This document shows positions 23,801-38,800 of a DNA stretch of 64,000 nt, piece by piece. Every line of letters begins with the position of its first letter. Positions within the stretch are counted from its first letter, which is position 1. Source of the stretch: Mobula hypostoma (Eukaryota). Below the pieces are notes generated by a model that saw only the letters and a program-made list of their open reading frames with translations, had not been told where the DNA came from and ran no database searches. Location: the NCBI RefSeq assembly GCF_963921235.1, contig NC_086097.1:168766001-168830000 (forward strand), written 5' to 3'. The translations under genes were made by a program, and so were the position numbers.

Positions 23801-26800
23801 ATAGTAGAGGTATGGATGCTTCCCTTGGCTGAGTATCAGAAATAAGAGATGAAAGTGAATTTTCTTCATCCCATAGTAGTTATTTAGACTTCTTTACCAA
23901 AGGAGCTATGAAAGCTCAGCCACTTAGCATACATAAGAAAGCCCATTACCAATTTTTTCGATATTAGGGAAATAAAACTATTTGGTTTAGTGCAGGAAAA
24001 TAGTATTAAAATTAAAGACCAGCCATGATATTATTGAATGCAGAATCAGGCACGAGGGGTTGAATATCCAACTCTTGCCTCTATTTCTTATGGTCTACAA
24101 AATCAGTAACCTGGCACCAAGCTGATAATTTTCTCAAAACCTCAACCATTACCCAGTTAAATAGAACATGGTTCTAAGGTGGAAGATCTTTGTGCAAGAC
24201 TGACAGAGAAATCCTGTATATGCACCCTCTCTTAGAATTGTACCCAAGACTCAACATATAGATTACTGGGGTAGAAAAGTATACTGGTAACATTATATAC
24301 TTTAATAATGAATGAATACTTTGTTTTCACCTGCATCCTGTTAAGCTCTCCCAGAAAACAACATCCCCATTTGTTCCACAGGTTATCACCCAAGTGTGGG
24401 GCACCCTTCTTGCTTTTGTTCCTACACACACGTAGGCATCCAATCCAAAGCCCAGCAGCAAACTGCACAGTAAGGTGGCATGATCCTCACAGTCTCCCTA
24501 AAGGTAACCAAAAGTAGATAGACTGATTGTCCCCAATGGAGAAAAAAAACATTCACCCCAAAACATCCCAATTTAACAATAATTAGATACACTAAAGCAG
24601 AATCCTTTTGTCTCTTTCATGCCGAAATCTATGCTTCCCTAACTTTCATCCAATCTCTGGTCAACTAATAGAAAAATAGAAAATAATTTGCTAACTTAAC
24701 AAGGACTTCCCCAAAAAATAACTGATTGGATGTATAAAATGTTTTCATACATCCCATGAACACAATAAACTTATTTATTTTAACACAGAATGGGGCTATC
24801 CATCCCAACAGGACAACGTTGGCCCTCAAGTGCAATTCCGTCAATCCCATTCCCACTCTCAATTCCCTGTGGCTCAGCAATATATGCTCCTTCACGTGCC
24901 CATCAATTCCTCTTTGATGCTTTTGCCATGCGACAATGAGGATAGAAATAGAATGAGGTCGCGGATAAATATGTTGCTGAAGAATCGGAGTGGGGGCCGG
25001 GATTCAGATTTCTGGATAATTGGGATCTCTTCTGGGGCAGGTGTGACCTGTACAAAAGGGACAGTGATGCTGGGAAGGTCATGTAATAAGGATAATGTCA
25101 CAATTGTACTGGGGGACTTCAACATGCAAGGGAATTGGGAAAATCAGGTTGGTGTTGGATCACGAGAGGGAATTTGTTGAATGCCGACAAGATGTACTTG
25201 AGCCTATTGAGCCTACTAGGGGAAAGGCCATCTTAGATTGGGTGTTGTATGATAGCCCAGGTCTTATTAGGGAGCTTAACGTAAAGGGACTCTTACGAGG
25301 CCGTGATCACAATATGACTGCAATTTGAGAGAGAGAAGCACAAGTCACATATATCAGTATCGCAGTGGAATAAAGGGAATTACAAAGGCATGAGAGAGGA
25401 GTTTGCCCAGGTGGATTGGAGGAGGATACTGGCGGGGATTTCAGCGGAGCAGAGATGGCTGAAGTTCCTTGGAATAGTTCGCAAAGCACAGGATAGATAT
25501 GGCCCACAGGAGCAGTTGTTTTCAAATGGTGGAGGTAGAAAACCGTGGCTGACAACGGAAGTCAAGGACTGCATAAAAACTAAGGAAAGGGCATATAAGA
25601 TAGCAGAAGTGAGTGGCAAGTTGGATGATTGGGAAGCTCTTAAAATCCAACAAAAGGCAACTAAAAAAGCTACAAGGAAAAAGGTGAAATATGAGGGCAA
25701 ACTAGCCAATAATATAAAGCAGGATACTAAAAGTTTTTTCAGTTATATAGAGTAAAAGGGAGGTGAGAATTGATATTGGACCACTGGAAAATAATGCTGG
25801 TGAGGTAATAATGGGGGACAAAGAAATGACAGATAAACTTAATGGATACTTTGCATCAGTCTTCACTGTGGGAGACCCAAGCAGTGAGCCAGAGGTCCGT
25901 GAGCTTCAGAGAGCAGAACTGAGTGTCTTTGCTACTACAAAGGAAAAAGTGCTAGGTAAACTCAAAGATCTGACAGTAGGTAAGTCACCTGGACCAGATG
26001 GACTACATCCCTGAGACCTGAGAGAGGTTGCTGAAGAGATAATGATGCATTGATCATGATCTTTCAAGAATCATTTGATTCTGGCATGGTCCCAAAGGAC
26101 TGGAAAATTGCAAATGTCACTCCACTCTTTAAGAAAGAGGAAAGCAAAAGCGAAGAAATCATAGGTCAGTTGGCCAAACCTCAGTGATTGGGAAAGTGTT
26201 GGAGTCTATTATTAAGGATGAGGTTTTGGGGTACTTGGAGACTAATGATAAAATAAGTCAAAGGCAGCATGGTTTCTGTAAAGGGAAATCTTGCCTGACA
26301 AATCTGTTAGAATTCTTCAAGGAAGTAACAAGCAAGGTGGACAAAGGAGTGGCTTTGTATGTTATTTACCTGGATTTTCAGAAGGCATTTGATACGATGC
26401 CACATATGAGGCTGCTTAACAAGGTAAAATCCTATGGCATTACAAGAAAGATGCTGGCATGGATAGAGTAATAGCTGACAGGCAGGAGGCAGTGAGTGGG
26501 AATAAAGGGGGCCTTCTCTGGTTGGCTGCCAGTGACTAGTGGTGTTCCTCAGGGGTCAGTATTGGGACCGCTGCTGTTCACATTATTTGTCAATAATTTA
26601 GGTAGTAGAATTGATGGCTTTGTGGCAAAGTTTGCGGATGATACGAAGATAGATAGAGGGGAAGGTGGTGCTGAGGAAGCAATGTGGATGCAGCAGGACT
26701 TGGACAAATTGGAAGAACGGGCAAAAAGTGGCAGATGGAAGAGTGTTGGAAAATGTATGATAGTACATTTTGGTAAAAGGAACAATACTGCAGACTATTA

Positions 26801-29800
26801 TCTTTTAGGGGAGGAAGTTCATACGTTAGGGGTGCAAAGGGACTTAGGAGTCCTCGTGCAAGACTCCCAGAAGGTTAATTCACAGGTTGAATCTGTAGTA
26901 AAGAAGGCAAATGCAATGTTGGCATTCATTTCAAGGGGAATAGAATTTAAAAGCAAGGAGATAATGCTGAGCCTTTATAAGACACTAGTCAGGCCGCACT
27001 TGGAGTACTGTCAATAGTTTTGGACCCAATATCTCAGAAAGGATGTGTTGCCATTGGAGAGAGTCCAGAGGAGTTTCACAAGGATCATTCCAAGAATGAA
27101 GAGGTTAACATATGGGAAGCATTTGGCAGCTTTGAGTCTGGAATTTAGAAGAATTGAAACTTAACAAAAGTTGGAAGGACTAGATAAGGTGGATGTGGAG
27201 AGGATGTCTCCTATTGTAGGGGTATCCAGAACTAGAGGGCACAGCCTCAAAATTGAGAGGTCACCTTTTAGAACAGAGGGAAGGAGGATTTTTTTAGCCA
27301 AAGAGTAGTGAATCTGTGGTATGCTTTGCCACAGACTGTGGTGGAGGCCAAGTCCATTGGTATGTTTAAGGCAGCAGTTGATAGTTTCCTGATTGGTCAG
27401 GGCATCAAAGGATATGACGAGAAGGTAGATTTATTGGGTTGAGTGGGATCTGGGATCAGCCAGTGATGGAATGGTGTAGCACAATCGACAGGCTGAACTG
27501 CCTAATTCTGCTTCTATGTCTTATGGTCTTACTAACATTAAGGAATAATTAACCTATCAGAGTATCATTGGCCTTGTTAAGAAACTGAAGTACTCAGTGG
27601 AAACTCTCACAGTATGGGGAACACATGCAAACTTCACCTAGGCAGCACCAAATCAGGATTGAAACTAATGTTTGGACTGAAGACGCAGTGCTTACTGCAG
27701 TAGCACCATGTCACATCTAAACTACAAGTACTTCAACCTTCCTTAAAATTCACCAAAAACTTTCTGTTACTGATGAATCTGTAAAATATATAACCCATTA
27801 GATTACAATTCAGTATCACATATTTAATTTTTAGACAAATTTCTTTCACACAATATTGTAGGAACAAAACATGATTAAACAATTCTGGAATTAAAATTGC
27901 TGAGAATGGGAATGAGATGCAAAGGCCAAGCAACGGACTTAGAATACTTTACACAAATAATTTAAAGGTAAAATATTGTGGATACTGGACATCTGAAATA
28001 TAAAAAACAATGGGAATATTGGAAACTCTTCAGCTAAGCAGGCAGCATCTGTGGAAAGAGAAACAGTTAATGTTTCTGGTTCATGATCCTTCTGGGAACC
28101 AGAGGAAATTGGAGATGATCTGTTTTTAGGATGAAGAGAGTGGGGGCTGAGAATAAATGGGTGGAAGATAGAAGAGTTTAATGATATGATAGTGAAAAAT
28201 GAATAAGAGACAACAGAATTAGTAAAAGAATAACCAGAGTAGATATAAATGAGAGAAACATTATTGTTACCTGGAATAGAGAATAAGGGGTAGCAAGACT
28301 CAAGGAAATGAGAGGAGTAGTGTACCATAAGGATTAGTACTCAGGCTTCTGTTCCTCACAATTTACATTAATGAAGTACAACACTCAAATTTCTGGGAGT
28401 TGCTCCTTGAAGGGCAGGTTGAGGGGAGGGGTGGAAGAGTCAAAGCTGATGACTGTACCAAATTAACAATGATAAATAGTAATAAGATACCTCATGGGAG
28501 GAGAGCTATTTAAGAGGTTGGTTACACTAATGAGTGATGAGTTACAGGCACCAAGAAACAAGGGAGAGGGGTGGAGAAAATGGAGGGGATTTCTTTGAAA
28601 GGGTGGAGATTAAAAGGTACTGAATGACAAGTTGTCCTGGTGTGTCCAGGAAACTACTAGCTCACAAAGTTCTTTAATAGGAGTACACCTGACAATGTAT
28701 GCATTTCAAGCAGGATTGAGGGTGTGTGTGGGGGGGGGTTTGGAGGAGAAAATGATCACTCAGTATCAAATGGTCAACTATAAAGACATTGTCCTTGTTC
28801 TCTTCCCCCTTCTCTGCAAACATCTTCAATTTTTAACTTTTCCAAGTGAGTAGTGCAATTTGAGGGAGTTGATTGGAATGTATCACAGGGAAAATTATTG
28901 GGGAACAGAGATTCAGTGATCTAGCAGACTCAATGGACTAAAACTGCCTTCTCTCTGTCATAAGAAAATTATAGAAATACTATGATATCAAATTCTAACT
29001 TTGCTTTAAAATATCTAATTTAGCTTTTAACAAAGATAGACCTGAAAATAAAACTAAATAGTAAGATAAGTACCTTGCCTTTACAGAGAAAACTCAGGAG
29101 AGTGCACCATTGTTCTTGTTTGGATCCACCTCCAACCGTGGTGGCTCTCTCATAGCCAAGAACATTGACAAACCTAGCAGCTTGTCTTGGTGTGTCCAGA
29201 AGCCTGCCAGCCCGCAAAGGTTTTACATAAGAGCACACTGGACGATTTATACCATTTTCGTCCTGAGGAAGAAGAAAGGTGAAAATAGTCAATTTCTTCA
29301 GCATAGTTAATTCAGGTGCAAAATAATACATTCTATAATCTGAACAAAGAAAATAGAATCTGAAGTTCTTAAACACAGACGCATTATTCTATGACCAACC
29401 ATTAAAAATGGCAGGGTTGCAGGTACTTGCAAAATTACCTTACTATCTGAAATACGAAATTAAAATTTAACATTTTAGTAACATAAGCTTAAACACTCAC
29501 CTGTGCAAAGATTTTCACAAGTCTGGTGTTATGTGAAGGCCTGATCTGAAGATACTCTCTCCACCACTGTTTGGCATATATGAGATACAAACGTTCCTTT
29601 TCTGCAGACTTTTGACGTTCTAATGTTAGCTGTAAATTTTAACAGTTAAAAATATGAAACAAAGTTTGGCCATAAATTCTTACACAGCACAGATACTATG
29701 TCACAGTGATTCTCTACAACATGTTGATAAGCGATGGATGTCACCATTGCCATGTATCATAGGCAGTGTTGAAATCCGATCACATGGTTAACTGTTTTTT

Positions 29801-32800
29801 ATTGTGATAATTTCCTTGCTCTTGAACAAAATCTTAACAAAAGTTCAACTTCCTTGATAAATCATTAGGCTGAATATGTTAAGCCAGAATAAATGAGCTG
29901 GCAGGCAACTTAACTACAGGGTAAGAAGTTGTGGGAAGGAATCCAATGTAAAGGAAACCACATGATGAACACTACACAAAGCACACTAGATTGTTACAAG
30001 TGTAAGTGAATCACTGCTTCACGTGGAAGGACTGTTTGGATCCCAAGTGGTGGAAAGAGGTGAAAGGACTGTCCCCCCGCCCCCCCCCCCAAATGTCATC
30101 CCTATAGGATGCTTTCTAGGACCAGAGGGTAACAGCCTCAGAACCTCAGAGATGGCAAGGTATTTTGTTAGCCAAAGGGTGGTAAATCTGTGAAATTCAT
30201 TGCCACAGATGGCTGTGAAGGCCTAGTCATTAGGCATATTTAAAGTGGTGGTTGGTAGGCCATTGATTAGCATGGGCATCAAAGGTTACAAGGAAAAGAT
30301 AAAAAATGGGGTTGCAGCATCCTAGCCTGAAATGTTGACTATTCACTCTTTTCCATTGATGCTGTCTGGCCTGCTGAGTTCCTCCAGCATTTTGTGTTTG
30401 TTACTTCTGCAACAATTTTTTGTTGTTTAGAAGGTGGCAAAGGGTTGTATTGGATATGGTTAAGGTTCATACAACATGTTAGAAGTACAGAATTCTAGGA
30501 TTTTTACCTCGTGATCATGAGGCAACAGCAATATACATTTTGGCTAGAGTAACATATGACCTGGAAGGTAAACAAGATGGAAATGATTCTCAAGCTGCCT
30601 TTCTTTTAACTGGTGTTGGGGATCATGTTTTTGGGAAGAATTGCTTGTGTTGCCTATACAGTAGCCACATTGCTTTTGCTTTCCTGCGAAGAGAGCGGAT
30701 TCTAAATATCAAACTAATACAAATTTTTCCAAAAATAAGTTAGTTTTCCTTGTACAATGAGTAACTCACAGGAAAACTGCCTTCTGTTCATTTATTTAAT
30801 TTTTGAAAAATGAATCAGCTTGTAACTTACAATGAGCTCCGTTTACTGGGAACCTCCATTTGGTGGAAAATCAAGAGTGTGGCAACTTGCAGCAGGCTGC
30901 TCACTGCAGATCCACTCATCACATCTATTATAATCATTGTAATTTTTAAAAATCTAAATTCTGTTTCTGCACTTTATTCTGCATTGTTATTGTTTTACCT
31001 TATCTACCTCAATGCACTGTCTAATTATTTCATCTGTATGAAAAGTATGCAAAACAAGCTTTTAATTGCATCTTAATACATGTGACTATAATAATAAATG
31101 AAAACCAGCAATGTGAATGGTGCAAAATTAAAATTTTAATGCTTCAAGAAATATTGGCAAATGTTCTAGGAGGTTGTCAGTCGGTTTTCATCACCTCAGA
31201 TAGATAGAAGATAAATAGTCAAATATCAAAACTTTGGTCAGACCAGAGTGTGCATCATATTTTGTTGATGATTAGATAAATTCTGACACCAATTTTGACT
31301 GATGTCAGGTGATACCTTGTTGGCATCTCCTAGGGAACTGCTGAAGCTATTGTTATTGTAGTGCAACCCCACACATTGCCAATACTGTTCTCAGCTACAG
31401 TTTCTCATTTGCTATTATCAATGCAAAAGGAATTCATATCCTTTTATAACTTCACCTGGTCACCCTGCTTCACTGCCAATAGAGCAAAGCGCATAAGAAT
31501 AAAAACCCCATAAAGAGTATTACCAAGAAAATGGGCAATAGAATTGCTATTGCCATCTTGTTTAGAGGATGGTGCTGCTTTGCTTTGTTCTGAGTAATGC
31601 AAGAGAATAATTGTTTGAACTTTTTAAGCAGGTGAGATGGAACAATCTAGGACATACATTTAACCAGAACCAGGAACAGAATTTGTAAAAAAGAATAAAT
31701 TACCTAGAAAATTAGAAGTTTGGTCGGAGTGAAAAACAGAAAAGATTGTTTTCTAAGAAGCTGATATCCTCCCTCAGATTCTACCGGTATTTCTCTAGAA
31801 CAATGAAATAATCAGCGGCATTACACCAGCCTTTTCCAAGTTTTTACTTGCAGTGATTGGGCCTAAACAGATCTGTTTAGGAGCAACGTACATACCACTT
31901 CAGCAAGTGACACTATCAAAAGACTTGTTCTCACCCAATTCATTACAAAAATCAGGAAATTATACCCAAGATAGATTACAACAGATACAGTACCTGAGTG
32001 TCAACTACTTCCTGGCTGAGTGGCTGTATCAGATGGGGATATATTTCAAGTTTTAGATTTAAAACTCCAACTGGAACTTTAGATTCAGTGCCTGAAAAAA
32101 TTTGAATAAACATTTCATGACAAGTGCATTCAAAGCTACAGTCTTAATACTAATGAAACTTGATTCAGAATGTATCAAACACAAAAATGTGACAGGTCAT
32201 GATTGTCAAATATCTATGAACAATAACAAATTTAGAAGTGTGGGATATGCACTCAATAAGAGGTGGCAAGGAGGGGCTGAATGCAAACTAGGTATGACAC
32301 CCCATGTCAGTTAAAAAATATTCTCACTTCAACTTTTCCTGTTTAAATTGGAAATCAAAATAATGCTTGATTTATTATATTTCCTTGTTGCAAGTATTCA
32401 AAACATTGTCTTTGTCACTAGTAAAATGTGTTTTCACAAAGCAGACAAAATAGAGTCATAGAAAAGTGCAGCACAGAAGTAGGCCCTTCAAGGCATCTAG
32501 TCCCTGTTGAACCATTTAAACTGCCTACTCCCATAAAAGCTAAGGGAAAACACTTTTCCAAAATTACACTTTATGTCTAAAATTAGAATACATGGATTCA
32601 CAAGGCAAAAGCAGCCATTCTAAGCCTTTATTTGCTTTTTGAAACACCCATCCAATACTTCCAGAACCTTTTAATTATAATGTAAAGAGTTAGTCTATGA
32701 TGTAACTAATCATTAAGTCGTCCAAAGTTGCATTTACATTAAATTTACTGACATTTTCCTTAATTTTTCATTTGATTACTATCCACGGCAACTGTGGACC

Positions 32801-35800
32801 ATTTAAATAAATGCACAAACTCTTGAACTAGTGTTACTGCTGTGGATCCCAAACTTTATTGGGCTACTGCCCTCTTGGTTCCTAGATCATATCCACTGTG
32901 CCACACCCCATCTAGCCATTACTTAAAAACTATAAAGAATTTTGAATACAATGCACAGTGAAAGAAAATAGAATTTGCAAATTCAAAGCAGTGACAATTG
33001 CAAAAACTATTCAAATCTATTTAAAGCTACAAATAAAATGATTTATTTATTTAATTACAGTAAAAATAATTTACATCTACAATTTTAGAGCATACATTAG
33101 TACTCCAAACATTCACTTAATTACTTTTTCACATTCAATGAGATGGATGGGCTTGGTGCAGTGAAATCAGGTTCTCATCATCAGGCTAAATATCACTCAG
33201 GAAGAGTCTCAGATCCTCATTTAGTCTGCAGCTGTTTTGTTGCTTTGAAAGAAGTTGGGCAACTGCACTGAAACCACGCAACACTAAATAGGATGTTGGA
33301 AAGGCTATAAAGACATCTTGACCTTTTTCCACAGTACAGGATAACACTCAGAGATTTCTTTCTGCCACCAAGAGACTTGACGTGATTTTTTCAACCTCAG
33401 CTTCAGCTCAAAGTCATTTTGCAGAAATCAGTCCTTCATCTATCTTGTTAATTCATTACAAGTATTCACAAATGGATTTATTACCCAATCTAGTAGTTGG
33501 GTCAAGAGAAGATCCTGAAATCCCTGTTACGTGTTTATGCAGCTCACCCAGTTGGGCACAGCATACATGATGATCATCTGGCATTTTCTTTCTCTTCCTA
33601 CTAAAAGAGGCTCAGAAATTAGAAAAGGTTGCATTGGACAATGTTGCACTTCAATAGGGTTAACTTGGACAGAAATGTGGAGACGACTGATATGACTTTG
33701 GTAAGATCCACATTTCCTTACAATTGAAGATTGATTTCATTAAATGTTGCAAATAATTTTAAGAAATAGGCAATGTCATGCCTAATATTCTTGAGTTGAT
33801 TATTGAATGAAGCATTCAAGTCGTCAAAGAATTTTTATCAGTTTCAAAATAGAGAGCATGGAACTTAATTTTACTTACTGCTGCAATAAGAGTATTTAAT
33901 TATTTGTGGAGCCAATCATTTTGGTTTTTTTTGGTGACAAGATGTTGTCTGTGAATTACAGTGAATGGCAAATGTTAGCTACAGCTTTTTGCCAAGGACG
34001 TTATAACCTCATGGTGGTATTCTGTCACTGATGCACCCTATCTGTTGTACCAGCAAGAATGTTGGCAAGCAAAATGTCCTTCTTTGAAAAATTGCTCATT
34101 TGGAATAAAGTGGACGAACTTGTAGCGCAATTAAAGATTAGTCGGCATGACGTTGTGAGCATCACAGAACTGTGGCTGCAAGGAGGTCACAGTTGGGAGT
34201 TTAACACGAAGAGGATATACTTTGTATTGACAGGACAGGCAGGGAGGTATAGGCCATGTGTGGCTCTGTTGGTAAGAGATGGAATTACATCTTTAGAAAG
34301 AGGTGACTTAGGGTCAGAGAATGTTGAATATTAGTGGGTGGATTTAAGAAACTGCAAAGGTAAAAAAACCATTATGGGAATCATATCTAGGCCTCCAAAC
34401 AGTAGCCAAGCTGTAGGATTGAGATTGCAAGGGAAGCTGGAAAGGACATGTAATAAGGGTAATGTCACAATTGCAATGGTGACTTCAATATGCAAAGGGA
34501 TTGGGAAAATCAGGTTGGTGTTGGATTGCATGAGAGTGAACTTATTGGATGCCTAGAAGATGGCTTCTTAGAACAGCTTGTGCTTGAGCCTACTCAGGGA
34601 AAGGCCATCTTAGATTGGGTGTTGTGTAATAACCCAGATCTTATTAGGGAGCTTAACATAAAGGAACCCTTACGAGGCAGTGACCATAATATGATTGAAT
34701 TCATACTGCAATTTGAGGGGGAGAAGCACAAGTCACTTGTATCAGTATCGCAATGGAATAAAGGGAATTACAAAGGCATGAGACAGGAGATTGCCCAGGT
34801 GGATTGGAGGAGGATACTGGCAGGAATGATGGCAAAACAGAAGTGGCTGAAATTCCTGGGACTTGTTCACAAGGTGCAGGATAGATACATCCCACAGGAG
34901 AATTTCTCAAACGACAGAACTGGCAACCATGGCTGACAAGGAAAGTTAAGGACTGCATAAAAGCCAAGGAAAGGGCATTCAAGGTAGCAGAATGAGTGGG
35001 AAGTTGGTTGATTGGGAAGCTTTTAAAATCCAACAAAAGGCAACTAAAAAGCTACAAGACGGGAAAGGATGAAACATGAGGGCAAACTAGCCGATAATAT
35101 AAAGCAGGTTACTGAAAGTTTTTTTTTCCCAGTAATACAAATAGTAAAAGGGAGGTAAGGGTTGATATTGGACCACTGGAAAATGATGCTGGTGAGGTAG
35201 TAATAGGGGACTAAGAAATGGCAGATGAACTTAATGGATACTTTGCATCTGTCTTCACTGTGGAAGACACTAGTAGTGTTCCAGAGGTCTTTGAGAGTCA
35301 GGGAGCAGAAGTAAGTGCTATTGCTATTACAAAGGAAAAAGTGTTAGGTAAATGGAAACGGTCTTAAGGTGGATAAGTCATCTGCTCTAGATGGACAACA
35401 TCCCAGACTCCTGAGAGAGGTTGCTGAAGAGATGACGGATGCATTGGTCATGATCTTTCAAGAATCACCTGATTCTGGCATAGTCCTGGAGGACTGGAAA
35501 ATTGCAAATGTCACTCCACTCTTCAAGAAGAGAGGATGACAAAATAAACTAAATTGTAGGCCAGTTAGCCTACCCTCAGGTTGGGAAAGTGTTGGAGTCC
35601 ATTACTAAGGATGAGGTTTTGGGGTACTTTGAGACTCGCGATAAAATATGTCAAAATCAGCATGGTTTCTGTAAAGGGAAATCTTGCCTGACAAATCTGT
35701 TAGAATTCTTCAAAGAAGTAACAAGCAGGTTGGACAAAGGGGAGGCAGTGGATGTCATTTACTTGGATTTTCAGAAGTCATTTGATAAGGTGCCACACAC

Positions 35801-38800
35801 GAGGCTGCTTAACAAGATAAAATTCTATGGTGTTACAGGAAATATACAGGCATGATTAGAGGAGTGGCAGATAGGCAAGAGGTAGTGAGTGGAAATAAAG
35901 GGGGCCTTCTCTGGTTGGCTGCCAGTGACTAGCGGTGTACCTCAGGACTCTGCTTTGGGACTGCTACTTTTCAGATTGTTTGTCAATAATTTAGATAGTG
36001 GAATTGGTGGCTTTACGGCAAAGTTTGTGAATGATACGGAGATAGGTGGAGGGGTAGGTAGTGCAGAAGAAGCAATACCATTGCAGCAGGACTTAAATTA
36101 GAAGAATGGGCAGAAAAGTGGTAGATGGAACGCAGTGTTAGGAAATGTATGATAATGCATTTTGGTAAAAGGAACAACAGTGCAGACTATTATCTAAATG
36201 GGAAAAAAATTCAAACATCAGAGATTCCAACTTAGGAGTCCTCGTACAAGACTCCCAGAAGGTTAATTCACAAGTTGAGTCTGTGGTAAAGAAGGCAAAT
36301 GCAATGTTGGCATTTATTTCAAGGGGAATAGAATATACAAACAATGAGATAATGCTAAGCCTTCATAAGGCACTAGCTAGGCCGCAGTTGTGAGAATTGT
36401 CAAAAGTTTTGGGCCCCTTATCTCAGAAAGGATGTGTTGTCATTGGAGAAAATCCAGAGGAGTTTCACGAGGATGATTCCAGGAATGAGGAGGTTAAAAT
36501 ATGAGGAGCGTTTGGCAGCTTTGGGTCTGTTCTCACTGGAATTTAGAAGAATGCGGGAGAATTTCATTGAAACCTACTGAATGTTGGAGGGACTAGGTAA
36601 GGTGAATGTGGAGAGGCTGCTCCTTCTGGCGGGGCTACCCAGAACTGGAGTGTACAGCCACAAAATTGAGGGGCAACCTTTTAGAACAGAAGGAGGTATT
36701 TCTTTTAGCCAAAGAGTGGTGAATCTGTGGAATGCTCTGCCAGACTGCAGTGGAGGTCATCCATGGGTATATTTAAAGCAGATCGTCCTTGAAGGTTCTC
36801 AGTCATCATAAATCAAGGCAAGTGGTCTTGCTGTCGCCGAGAATGTGCCCACTGACATTACAGCTAAATACAAGCAGCACAAGTATTTGAGACAAGCCTT
36901 GAAAGCTTGCGGCTACCCAGACTAGGCCTTCATCAAGGCAGCAACAAAAACCAGATGGGACGTCAGCCCAATAGACAGAGGTAAGGAGCAAGGCAGATGG
37001 AAAAACAGTCATCCCACATGTAGCTGGAGTTTCAAAGAAACGCAAAAGGATTTTCAACAAACACTGAATCCCTGTGTTTTTTTAAACCTACAAACACTCT
37101 CAGATAGAAGCTCGTCCACCCCCAGGATCCTACACCCAAACGTAAACACAGCATTGTTGTATATGTTATCCAATGCAATGAGAGCTGCACAGATCGGTGA
37201 GACAAAACAACCACTTCACAAATGGATGGCACAACATAGGAGGACCAACACCCCAGGTCAAGACTCTGCTGTATATCTACATCTGAAGGACAAGGGACTC
37301 TCCTTTGATGGTATATTTTGGATACGGAGGACAGGTGGTTTGAAAGAGGGGTTAAAGAAGCTAACTTTGTCAAAATGGGAAAGCCATCCCTGAACAGAGG
37401 GGGTGGGGTACCTACCAGCTACTTACAATGCAGTTCGAACATCTCTACCCTGGCATCTCCACAACAGTTCACACCTCCATTCATGCAAAGACTAATGACC
37501 CTCTCGTTACATCTATGACTTAATGACCCTCATGTGATTATTATACCTTTGAACAACTCAGTTTGTAATCCGGAAAACTACGCACAATGGATTGGAACTG
37601 AAAAAGGCCTCTTGATTGAGTGGCAAAACATCTTCTAGACAACACAGCAAGTCCAGTTGCCTTGATTTACTACTGCTTGATATTTAAAGCGGAAGTTGAT
37701 AAATTCCTGATTGGTTGGTGCATCAAGGGATATAGTGAGAGTATAGGTGTATGGGGTTGAATGGGATCAGGGATTAGCCATGGTAAAATGGTGGAGTGGA
37801 CTTGATGGGCTGGGACTTTCCAGATTTAGTAATGAATAACGAAATGTTGTATGAAGCACACAAACCATCATTGTTTCGTTGTAAAGGGTTGATAAATGTT
37901 TTGAATTGTTATCCATTTCCGAAAGTTTTCACAAAGTGACCGAAAATAAGCCAAGATCTTGTTTGCTTTATCAAAGAGTATTCTTTTCAAACATTCACGG
38001 AACCCGGACTGTTTCTTTGCTTCATTTGAAAAAAAAACTATCACACAAACAGACACATTGGCTGCCGTTGGTTGCTTGGTGCTGGTATAAATCCACACTT
38101 CAGAGATATCACACTTCTTTTTTGTTTGGCCCACTTCTGCCATTTTCCTTATAGATTAACAACCACAGTCAATCACCTATTGTTTAAGTCCTACCTCACG
38201 CACTGCAATCAGTAAAGGGGAAAGTTATGACATCACAGTTAGAAACATAGAAAACATACAGCCCACAAAGCTGTGCCGAACATGTCCCTACCTGAGAACT
38301 ACCTAGTCTTTACCCATAGCCCTCTACGTTTCTAAGCTCCATGTACCCATCAGGAGTCTCTTAAAAGACCCTATCGTTTCCGCCTTCACCGGCAGCTCAT
38401 TCCATGCACTCATCACTCTCTGCATAAAAAATTTAACCCTGACATCTCCTCTGTACCTACTTCCAAGCACCTTAAAACTAGTCATAGTCATACTTTATTG
38501 ATCCTGGGGGAAATTGGTTTTCATTACAGTTGCACCATAAATAATTAATTAGTAATAAAACCATAAATAATTAAATAGTAATATGTAAATTATGCCAGGA
38601 AATAAGTCCAGGACCAGCTTATTGGCTCAGGGTGTCTGATCCTCCAAGGGAGGAGTTGTAAAGTTTGACGGCCACAGGCAGGAATGACTTCCTATGACGC
38701 TCTGTGTTGCATCTCGGTGGAATGAGTCTCTGGCTGAATGTACTCCTGTGCCCAACCAGTACATTATGTAGTGGATGGGAGACATTGACCAAGATGGCAT

